From Trypethelium eluteriae (Eukaryota): a stretch of DNA of 36,905 nt. The stretch lies in contig JAVECL010000198.1 in assembly GCA_051942245.1 (NCBI GenBank), forward strand, positions 1 to 36,905. The letters run 5' to 3'. The notes beneath the pieces are model-generated. The model did no database searches. It had not been told where the DNA came from and saw only the letters and a program-made list of their open reading frames with translations. A program made the translations under genes and the position numbers. Below are positions 10,027 through 20,120 of this stretch, piece by piece; the stretch's first letter is position 1; every line of letters starts with the position of its first letter.

Positions 10027-12014
10027 ATGGGCGGAAGCGATCCAGATGCCGTTTCCACATGGCGATATGGACGCCGTAAGCTAGAAGCCTGCGATTGAAC
10101 GTCGACCTGGACAAGCTCATGGCCACCGTCTTTTCTGCAATAGTCCTGCCTCGCGGCAGACCCTGGAAGAGAAAACGCGACAAGGACTCCAATCAGTCCA
10201 TCAGCGACTTGCGCAAGCCTCACCATGTGGCAATTGAGGCAGACGAGAACGATATCAACGAACTCAACCTATACCTGATCATACTCGTCGAGATCTTTCC
10301 AGACATTCAGCCTGCCGTGTTTCGAGAAATGCTCATTCAGTTGGGACCCGAAAGTAGAGTGGAGGTTGTCACGGAACATCTTCTAAACGAAAAGGCAAGA
10401 TGGGTCAAAGGGCGTATCCGGGTGAGCGCTCAGCCAGCAGTGGAGGCCAAGGCGGTTGACTCAGGAGAGCCAAGAATCTCAGATTGCGAAATCGCTCTTC
10501 CTCACGAAGAAACATTCCGAAGCACGTCATACAAGTCTGCAGTAAGATGTAGTCTCACGCAAGAGTTCAAATCACTTAGTCGATCCTCTATCGATGCCGT
10601 CCTTGCAGAATGCAACTATTCTTACTTTCGAAGTCGTGCGACACTAGTAGAAATAGCCTCAAGATCTTGGCGGTACTCTACATTAAACCTTTTAACGGGT
10701 CGCAAAGCCTCGCTGATTGACGAGATACCATTGATCACATCCAATTCGAAGCGTGACGGTGCGCCGCAAACTCCAGAACTTCAATCAACTGGGAGCTCCG
10801 AGCTCAATGAAGAAATCTACAAAAGGACTATCGCTCCTGTGGAGGAACAGCGAAAGCAGGAGTCTGAATCCAAAGATATGCAATACGCAAAAGAGCTTAA
10901 CCAGGAACAAGCGGAGAAAGAAGGAGCGCTGTACGAATGCCAGTGTTGCTATACGACCACCACGTTCGAGTCGCTGGCAGTTTGCAGCTCCGAATGTCAC
11001 GAAATTTGTTCTCGTTGCATCCGACATGCAGTGAACCAAGCCCTGTTTGGTCAAAATTGGACAACGACCATCAGTCTAGAAAAGTTTACGCTTAGATGCA
11101 TAGCATCCACATCTGGTGAGTGCAGAGGCGTGATTGATGCCAGCTATGTCAAAAAGGCGCTTCTCGAGGATACCAACGGCGAAGAGATCTGGCGCAGCCT
11201 CGAAGATCGCGCCACCAGCCAAAGTTTAATCGAGAGCCAGATCTCATTGATCAAATGTCCATTTTGCATGTATAGTGAAGAGGACCAAATTGCACATATC
11301 AAACCAATCTCGACGCCTTCTGTACTTTCGCAGCAAATATTTACTATCTGCGTCTACTTGGCTCTTTACATTTGGCAGCCTCTCAGTCCTTTGCTCACAC
11401 TGTCGTTCGTATGCATGCTTGTTTGGATTACCTATGACCCTCTCCGAACGTTCTTTGATTCGATCACTACGACACGTCTTGCTATTGCACGCCGGCGTCG
11501 AGGCTTCAAATTCATCTGCCGCAACTCGCGGTGCGGGACTAGTTCTTGCATCGAGTGCCTAGCCCGTTGGAAAGATCCCCATAAATGTTTCGAGAATGAA
11601 ACAACCTCCCTACGCACCGTTATCGAGCGTGCCAAAGCAGACGCCGTGAAGCGCACCTGTCCGGTATGTCATACCTCCTTCGTCAAGGAGTCCGGGTGCA
11701 ATAAGATGCGATGCGTTTGTGGCTACACTATGTGCTATGTATGTCGACAGCACATTGCTGCAAAGGATGGTTATAATCACTTCTGCACGCATTTCCAGGC
11801 GGTCCCGGGGGCATCTTGTACGGCTTGCGATAGATGCCATTTGTATAAGGCCGAGGACGAGGAGACAGCCGTGAAGAAGGCGGCTATCGCAGCAGAGAAG
11901 GAATGGAGAGAAAATGCTGGGGCGATAGGAAAGAAGGTTGATGCAGGCAATAGGCCTAAGAGTTGGTTGAGTCTTGATACTGCACTGACCACGTTTGCGG
12001 AGGCCTTGCTATGA
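10027..12014 (+). CDS. RBR (RING1-IBR-RING2) E3 ubiquitin ligase, RNF216/TRIAD3-like, with N-terminal CUE-like region
   Basis: RING1 ECQCCY...CSSECHEICSRC...RCIASTSGEC; IBR CPFC...FICRNSRCGTSSCIEC...HKC; RING2 CPVCHTSFVKESGCNKMRCVCGYTMCYVC; extra Zn motif HFCTHF...CTACDRCHLY. Preferred model join(10027..10075,10144..12014) with a GTAAGC...TAG intron in correct phase. An alternative unspliced start is the ATG at 10119. Confidence 0.88.
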
Positions 12015-12684
12015 GCTTATCGGTTTCTTTGAAGCAGAGAAAAACTTCGAGATCCTTTGTATATCCTAGCCATAAGATACCCCCAGTTTTCACATTGATA
12101 ACAGCCACTGTCATGTCGACTCCCCGACACAGATAGCGATCCTGATTAATTATATTCGACTACCTTTGGAATTCGCAAGTATCACACTGAGTGTGTTCCC
12201 ACCTTATATCAAGTCTCGAATCCGCATTGATGTAATAGCTTGTCTCGGCAAAGATGTGGAACCTTTAACGGTGCAATACTGGTGCTGATCCACTTGCGTA
12301 CGATGGACTAATAACGATCAAGCACCAAAGGTTTCCCGCACATGAGGTTCAAGTCAGCGCTCGTGATCAGCCACGAAGTTTTACACTTAATCCAGAATCT
12401 TATCGGGTCTGCTCGGCTTTTTTTTTTTCCTTTCTGCTATTGGAGATCTACCGTAGCCTCTTACGTGCGGTACTGGCGGTGTGGATACACGATGTCACTA
12501 AGCCCGACAGAGCAAGATTCCTCTTCAGCGGATCACAGCAACTTACGTCTATCTGAGCAAGCCTTGCGATAGTAGTCACGACCAAACTCTTCCTCTCGAA
12601 GGGTTCCGTACATCTACGCATTCGTCGTCACTACGCAAGAGCATTCGAACTGAGCTTGTCCGGTTTTAAACAATATCTTATTCA

Positions 12685-14745
12685 ATGCAGAAGATGGCTG
12701 AAGTTGCTATGAACTACAACTCCGTCCAGACTACTACAGCGGTCTTCTTACTTGTGCTAATTTCATGGATATCTTGGTTCACCTACAATGCAATCTATAA
12801 TGCATACCTTCACCCCTTGGCTCGGTTTCCAGGGCCAAGGACCGCTGCCGTGACTAGATATTGGAAAGCTTTTGTCGAATGCATTCAAAATAGGTCGTTC
12901 TGCCATGTGCTTGAGGAGCTTCACAAAGAACATGGTACGTCACAACTGGTGTAATGTCACTCAAGCGAGCTTTTGTTCGTGCTCAGCGGTGACTATCGCT
13001 TCCTATCACGAAAGTGCCCTTGCTCGCTCTATTCTGTAGCAACTGGACTAAAGACACAAAGGGGATGTCGTCCGTACCGGTCCTAATGAGGCTCGTCTGC
13101 ACATAAGTAAAAAGACTTGACCTTTTGGACTGATGTTCAATTAGCTACACTTCGCTCAGCCGCAAGCATATCACGACATCTACAACAATAAGAATCGCTG
13201 GGATAAAGAATGGCATCTTTATCACAGCTTCAACGAAGACCGATCCTCGTTTGGCTTCATCACATATAAGGAGGCCAAGGAACGCAAAGACGTACTGAAT
13301 AAATCTTTCTCTCCGAAGGCGATTGAGCAAATCGAGGGCATTATTACTGACAAGGTCCGATTTCTGCAATCCTCCTCCCACTTCCACAATAGCATCATCT
13401 TGTCCCCTCCTCACTCATGCATGACAGATTGATGCACTCAGCGCCGCCTTCACTCGCTGTGCTGCGACTGGCGCTCCTGTCGATCTCTTCTTCGCTTACC
13501 GATGTCTGACTATGGATATCATTACCTTCCTCTGCTTTGGCACGTCCATCAATGCAATCGATGAGCCAGGTTTTCGTGCCCCCATCACCGAAGCCATGGA
13601 AGCGAGTCTGCCTGTTTTCATAGGCTTCAAGCATTCCGACTTGTATAAGAACATGATCCTGGGCTGTCCGGCTGAGATCTCCAAGGTCATTAGTCCGGCG
13701 ACTAGGGGCTTGGTCGAGCTACAACAGGTAAGCTCGAACCATCTTTTCAGCTGATTGTCTAGAAGATTGAGTACTGAGATGAGCATCATTAGTTGCTGCA
13801 ACGGCAGATCAAGGAATTAACGAATGACCCGAAGAAATTGGAGAAGCTTCCGCACGAAATGACGATTTATCATCGACTTTTGGATAATGAGGCGTATGCC
13901 AACAAGACAGTGCCTTTGCCCGGTAGTCTGTATGAAGAGGCGCAGGCAATGATGTTTGCAGGTACTGATACAGTTGCGAACACGCTTATGCTGGGGTCCT
14001 TCCATCTGCTTCGACAGCGAGAAAGATATGATCGATTGAAACGTGAGCTGGAAGGGACATGGTCTGATTTGAAGAATCCTCCAGATCTGAAAAAGCTGGA
14101 AAGCCTCAAATACCTGAATGCGGTGATTAAAGAGAGCCTTAGGTTAAGTTCAGGGGTGGTCTCCGGTTTACTAAGGGTTGTGCCGTCCGATGGAGCGACC
14201 ATTTGTGGAGTGCCAGTCCCGGGTGAGGTATGTTCGGATTTCCCACAGCAATCTGCCTTCTAAGGGCTGAATAAGTGTAGAAAGCTTGGCTAATCTTGCT
14301 CATAGACCGTCGTATCTTGCGGAAGTACGTTTGTCCACTATAATGCGAACATTTTCCCCGAACCGCAGGCCTTCTGTCCGGAGCGATGGCTAGAGGAACC
14401 CGAACTCGATACTTGGCTTGTGGCGTTCTCGAAAGGACCCCGTATGTGTCTGGGCATTAAGTACGTAGCACTAACTATTGTCGTCAGCCCCTACAATGAT
14501 GCCCGATATGTCATGCTCACATAACATAGCTTAGCATGGGCGGAATTGCGCCTTGGATTTGCCTGTTTTTTCCGGAGGTTCGAGATGCGACTTACCGACG
14601 ACAGGTACGTTACTTCGATGAGAGCATATGTGGAAGCAATTCTGATACTCCTTGACCAAGTCCTGATACTCTTACATTTCGCGAGGCATTCTTGCCATGG
14701 TTTGACGGGCCACACGTCCGGGCATTCGTTAAGCCAGTGGAATGA
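12685..14745 (+). CDS. Cytochrome P450 monooxygenase (trichodiene-oxygenase/CYP58-clan-like), 8 exons
   Basis: Exons 12685-12934, 13062-13090, 13145-13354, 13428-13727, 13793-14227, 14306-14460, 14530-14604, 14661-14745. Motifs: N-terminal TM, HPLARFPGP, GDVVRTGPNELHF, I-helix AGTDT, ESLR (ExxR), PERW, heme motif FSKGPRMCLG. Clan assignment is by resemblance only. Confidence 0.92.
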
Positions 14746-15275
14746 GTGCTGTGGCAAGCAAGGAAGGGGGTGGCATGATACACCTCTACAGTTTGACCAT
14801 CAATCTACTTCAAGCAGTGCAAGGATCAAGATAGTGGCGACTGAGTTTAGGAGCATTTGGACATGTTGCAAAATGGTCTCTTGAGTCGATAGTATATTTG
14901 TGACTAGGTAGTCTAGAGTTTTAGAGTAATACCAAAATTATGCGGAGTAGACAAGAACTTTAATAAGGGAGGCGTTGGCTCTAGAATGGCGGTCGTGACG
15001 TGCGAGATGGCCAAAAAATAGCCAAATAAGGTACTCAACCATAATAGATGGGAGATGCCGATTGCAGAATGCAAGGTACACCAGATAGAGAATATAAAGA
15101 TGAGAGCATCAAGCTCACATGTCAGGATACGAGGGGACGGCTGCGGCACTTGCACGGTGATGACAGGGCTTAGCCTCCTGAAGCAATCAATCTGCCAACA
15201 ACACCCACTGGCGCTTGGCCTTTCCTCCCCCTTCGCGAGCACCTCAACCAGCTAGTGAACGGACAAGTCACAAAG

Positions 15276-16617
15276 ATGGATAAGTTTCAGGCTTTCGGAA
15301 AAAGCGTCAGGTTCGCGAACATTAACCTAAGCAAAAGATTCCAGCTAAAAATTGCTCGATAGCACCGGCTTCACGAACAACGTGGTCCCAGCTTGGGGCC
15401 GTGGGCTTCAATGGGCAAAGGAGACGACTGGCCAGGCTGACGACAAGGTAGACGATTTCTCATCACTTCTAGAGCTCCATCTGCTCAAAAAAGTCCAATT
15501 GGAACATCGTGACTGACTTCGTGCTTTTCACCAGACCGAGCTCCCCTCCGACTATCTTGCTCTTGAGAAGCGTGTCGATGCTCTCCAAGCCGTGCACAAG
15601 AAAATGCTACAAGTGACATCGCAATATACCCACGAGTCCTACGACTATCCGCCAAACCTACGCGAATCCTTCAATGACCTTGGCCGGACCATTTCTGAGA
15701 AAGTTAATCTTCTGTCAGTCTCCCCAGCAAACTGTTCAAACCATACTTGTACACTCTCTTGCTGTTTTCAAAACGACAAGTGCCACTAATATTTTCGAAC
15801 ACTAACCAACCGTCTCTCAAAGGTCCAACGCCACCTCTCCCCAAGAAGCCCAAGCCGCCCTCACCGCGCCTCCCCAAGCAAAGCCCCAACCCAAGACCTT
15901 CTCCCACGCCCTCGCCCGCGCCGCCCTGTCCTCCTCCCAATCGCTCGCCGGCGTCGACGCCGCCTCTTCACCCTCCGGCATGATCCCCGAGGAGCCGCTC
16001 GCCCAAGCCCTCGAGAAATACGCGATCGCGGAAGAGAAAGTCGGCGAAGCGCGTCTCGCGCAGGACGCAGCGATCCAGTCGCGCTTCCTGGCGGGCTGGA
16101 GCACGACGCTCAACACGAACCTGATGTTTGCCAAGCGCGCGCGCACCGGCGTGGAGAACGCGCGTCTCCACCTCGATGCGACCAAGGCGAAGGCGAAGGG
16201 TGGGCCGGGCTTCAACTTGGGGGGCACGACGGGGCAGGCGCAGCACCATGGCGCCGGGGAGGACGAGATGAGCGAGGAGGCGAGGGACAAGGTGGAGAAG
16301 GCGGAGGATGACTTTGTGGCGCAGACGGAGGAGGCGGTGGGCGTGATGAAGAATGTGCTGGATACGCCGGAGCCGTTGAGGAATCTGGCGGATTTGATCG
16401 CGGCGCAGTTGGAATATCACAAGCGCGCTTATGAGATCTTGAGCGAGTTGGCGCCGACTGTGGATCAGTTGCAGGTCGAACAAGAGGTGAGTATTTCTTA
16501 GTTCGTCAATCGCTGCCGGGCTTTGCGACTTTTGGTCGATGAATACCCGGCACTGGTATGGTCGCTTGCTAATGAATACGACAGGCAAACTATCGCAAAG
16601 CTCGCGAAGGTGCTTAG
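15276..16617 (+). CDS. gvp36: BAR-domain protein Gvp36
   Basis: Exons 15276-15310, 15363-15447, 15535-15713, 15823-16486, 16585-16617. Translation MDKFQAFGKSVS...TELPSDYLALEKRVDAL...ESYDYPPNLRESFNDLGRTISEKV...ARLAQDAAIQSRFLAGWSTTLNTNL...VEKAEDDFVAQTEEAVGVMKNVLDTPEPLRNLADLIAAQLEYHK...ANYRKAREGA*. Confidence 0.88.
15800..16500. other. C-rich to G-rich skew-switch island 2 (gvp36 exon 4)
   Basis: 15841-15900: 30 C / 9 G; 16261-16320: 7 C / 30 G; centre at about 16050-16170 includes gcgcgcgcgc. Confidence 0.75.
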
Positions 16618-16974
16618 ATGTTCCAGGCAATGACGGATGAGAGAACCCCGCAAGAATGACTTCTCCATCGATTTGATCTGAGCAACAAGGTTCATTGGCG
16701 TTTTCTGTGTTTAAGGCGATACAATTTCCAAGTCGACCACCACTATAAGATACCTAGCCCCTGCCTCAGTGCTCACATCCGCTGTTGGAGGTGAAATCAT
16801 TTCAACCCCTGTAGTAAGTGCCTAGCAATTTGATCAATGCAATCATAGCCTGCCGACACCTTTGCAACTCGAATCGTACAGTCGTTAGTGTCCTTCTCTT
16901 TGTCGCCCTCCAAGCGTAAAATGACGACCAAACGACCACAAGGGAAGGAAAGAGATATTGTCATTATCAACTCT

Positions 16975-17325
16975 CTAAGCTCTTCTCCGGTCTAAAGTCA
17001 AGGCCAATCCCGTAATTGCTGCTCCCGCTCCCTCCCACAACCCAGCAGCCCTCCAAACTCCGCCCAGGCTCCAGAATACCGTAGCGGATACAGATCTCAT
17101 CGGTACCGTTAGCGTGAAAAAGGCTCTATTCTCCTGCCATGCTGCCAGCACGTAGTACATGCCCATCGCTGTAGCAGCTAAACCATTTCCCTGATTTGGC
17201 GGCAGGCAAGTGGAGGGAAGGTCGAAGTTGGCCAGGGCGCTGGTGGGAAAGAGAAGGTTGTTGATGCCAGCCAAGAAAGCCGTGATGCCAAAGGCGTAAA
17301 TGGTGATTGCCGCGTAAGATGGCAT
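16975..17325 (-). CDS. Small (116 aa) intronless multi-pass membrane protein of unknown function
   Basis: ATG-initiated ORF with about 4 hydrophobic segments and protein-like motifs (GMYYVLAAWQENRAFFTLTVPMR; WEGAGAAITGLAL). It lies in a gap between two other genes. Confidence 0.75.
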   Translation of the reverse strand: MPSYAAITIYAFGITAFLAGINNLLFPTSALANFDLPSTCLPPNQGNGLAATAMGMYYVLAAWQENRAFFTLTVPMRSVSATVFWSLGGVWRAAGLWEGAGAAITGLALTLDRRRA

Positions 17326-17993
17326 GTTTCGGGATTGAAGAAGGTTACTGTAGCTTAGAGGAGGCCAAACGGACTATCTGTAGGAACAGAGTACTGAGCT
17401 GCAAAAGGTTAATGTGTCTCCAATGACGTGAATGTTAAGCGGTATGGTAATAGAGTATGATGGTGTATTCTAGATAGAGGTTTGAAAACCGCTTAGCCTT
17501 AATGAAAATCTGCTAGGGATATATGCAGCTTCATCAAGTCTTGCAAAAGATATTTGTAAGATATGGATACTTGTAAAACCGAGCGAGTTTCAAGGCTGAG
17601 CTGAGTCTAAAGAGTTGCTTTTACTCCGTACCAGGCATTGACTGGACCAGGGGCAACTCTTAAGTAGTAACAATAACAATTACTACCTGGAAGCCTATTG
17701 GACAACAGAAAATTAGAAAATTTGACACTGAACAATCATCAAATTTTTTTGGTTCGATTTGGGTATAGGTACCAAAGGCCAACGTTTTGCCCGGAGTGGC
17801 TCCAGACTTTCGAGACAACTGAGGATTGCATGATTCCTCTCCTGGTCGTTGAAATTTAATGTACTGGTTTGAGTGGGTTTAGTATGGAATCTTCCAATCA
17901 TCAAGGAGCCGCTTCTCTTCATTTTGTCCCATGGATATCAGGCCGGATGGGTCTTCTGTCTATCCATTCACATCCTCTTGATTGACAAGTCAG

Positions 17994-18555
17994 ATGTCAG
18001 GCTCCATGTTGGCCCTACACGGCGTGGGCATTGACATCGTGCATATCCCTCGCATACTCAAGCTTATCAGTCGCAAAAATTACTCTCATTCTCGGAGCCA
18101 TCTATCTCGTTTCGTGGAGAGAATCCTAACACCGTCGGAGCATATCGCATTCCGCAAACGTTGGGGCTCCGATGAAGAAATATTCCGAGACGAGAAGAAG
18201 ACGAGCAACTGTGCAGCTCATCTTGCTGGGAGGTATGTGCCATTGCTTCTAGGCTGCGAAGAAGACGAAGCGTCGTATACAGCATTGACGAGATACTTGG
18301 CTGACAACATGTTGAAGATGGGCAGCAAAAGAGGCCGTCATTAAGGCGGTCAGTCCAGACACTGTTTGGATGAATCAGATTCAGATTTCTGGAAATTCCG
18401 GTGGCGGTCTCTCCGTTTCAATTCCCCCTGGAGACTCAGTGAGGGGAACTACATCATTTTTAACATCGACCACAATGAGCGATTTCGCCAAAATCAGTAT
18501 CAGTCATGACGGAGACTATGCAATTGCGATGTGTCTTAGCCGACGAACAGATTGA
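17994..18555 (+). CDS. ppt2: AcpS-type 4'-phosphopantetheinyl transferase (mitochondrial holo-ACP synthase, Ppt2/PptB-like)
   Basis: Exons 17994(or 18006)-18232 and 18318-18555. AcpS motifs GVGIDIVHIPRI, FVERILTPSE, HLAGRWAAKEAVIKA (spliced across the intron) and ISISHDGDYAIA. Confidence 0.85.
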
Positions 18556-18949
18556 TAAAGAGACTTCCTCGCAACGACTAATCCTTTGAACAAGCGTTCA
18601 TACAGTAGATTGCCAGGAGAACAGCAATGAGAAACATTAAAAGCAAAACCATTTAGTTGGCGAGTCCCGGAAATCGAACTTCGGAAGGATTGGTACCTTG
18701 AGCACCTTTTCATCGTGGCCTCCCCTCCACACATATGCCAAACCGGCGACTCTGGCAGATACGCATCAAAGACATGGAGAGTATGTGGCATTCGGACCTC
18801 GTCGAATATACATTTCGTATTATCAGCCATGCTATCGAACATCAACCCACCCGAGAACACCAAGGAAAGCACGAAACCTGTTGGAGTACAAGGCCCTTTT
18901 CTTGCATGCGGCTACATCAGGTCGCAGAATGCATCGAAAATCTCCCAAA

Positions 18950-20120
18950 GAAACACCTGTATTTTCCCTCCCATATCCACCAAAGTAACTCTCCGAGGAT
19001 CGCCTCAACCCTTTCCAAATGTACTACCTAAACTACTCGGCGCCACCGAACTCAACTTACTACTCACCCAACTCCCACTCCCACTCATCCAACTTGGGGC
19101 ACTCCATCCGCTACCCCATCGACTTCCTCTTCCACCTCCCAACCCTGTCTTTTTTCCATCACTCTTCCACTTGATCTTCATCTTCCCCTCTGCAATACTC
19201 TGCACGATATTAATCACGCCAAACGCACTACTCCCAAGCGCACGGAACAGCGCTACCGCTGCCACCGACCACAGAATGAACTTGAGGTAAAAGTTGTTCC
19301 CCACGTGAGTACTACTGTACGCCTCACTCACCGCCATAGCCAACACCGCATTCGCCACCATCCAACTCGCCACCATATACGTCCGCACAGCACGATAATA
19401 ATCCTCCTGCATCTGAGTCTCACTCAGCTCCGGCTTGGGCACCTCGACGCGGTCGCGGAGATTGCGGAGGGCCTCGTCGTAGCCGGAGTCGATATCGAGC
19501 TGCTCTGAGGGCATTTCGAGCTCGACGATGCCGCCCTTGGAGGCCTTGGCGGCGCCGAGGTCGGTGCGGATGACGTTGTCGCCTTTGGTGCCCCAGGTGA
19601 CGTCGTGGGCGTTGCAGAAGGCGTACACCTGCAGGGTGCAGATGTAGGAGGGGAGGAGGGCGAAGTACTGGGCGGACGAGGTGAACATGTGCCAGGGGTC
19701 GAGGTAGAGGAAGCTCATGAGGAAGTAGAGGCCGACGGTGGAGCAGGTGCTGACGATGAGGTTGGTGAAGATGTTGTTGCCGAGTTGGAGCGCGGTGCCG
19801 GGCGTTGTGAGTTGGCGCACGACGATGTATAGCGCGGCGAAGGTGGTGTACGCCATGATGACGCCGTACATGATCATGGAGGAGGTGAACATTTTCTTGG
19901 CGCCTTGCGGTCGGTTGCCCATGGAGAGGATGAACTGCATGCAGATGAGGAGGACGCAGCTGTAGCGTAAGATGATGAAGATGTAGGAGCCGATGTTGTG
20001 GCCGAAGGGGTCGATTCTTGGGTCGCCAAGAGAGCCAGCAATGAAGTAGAAGGTCAGGTAGAAGTTGGCCTGCGATACGTGTCAGAATCAGAATTGGAAG
20101 GAGGGCAGGGAAAGACCTAC
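18950..20120. other. C-rich to G-rich skew-switch island 3 (chitin synthase 3' region)
   Basis: 19081-19140: 30 C / 6 G; 19681-19740: 9 C / 26 G; centre at about 19430-19570. Confidence 0.75.

Noticed and set aside
15817..16630. Antisense ORFs of 157 and 220 aa over gvp36
   Set aside because: Shadow frames of a GC-rich exon.
17745..17775. GGTTCGA T-loop-like motif suggesting a tRNA
   Set aside because: No flanking T-stem, acceptor stem or A-box; cannot fold a cloverleaf.
12685..18555. P450 plus PPTase as a secondary-metabolite cluster
   Set aside because: The PPTase is the small AcpS type (mitochondrial ACP), not Sfp/NpgA. No PKS, NRPS or terpene synthase is present in the window and the neighbours are housekeeping genes.
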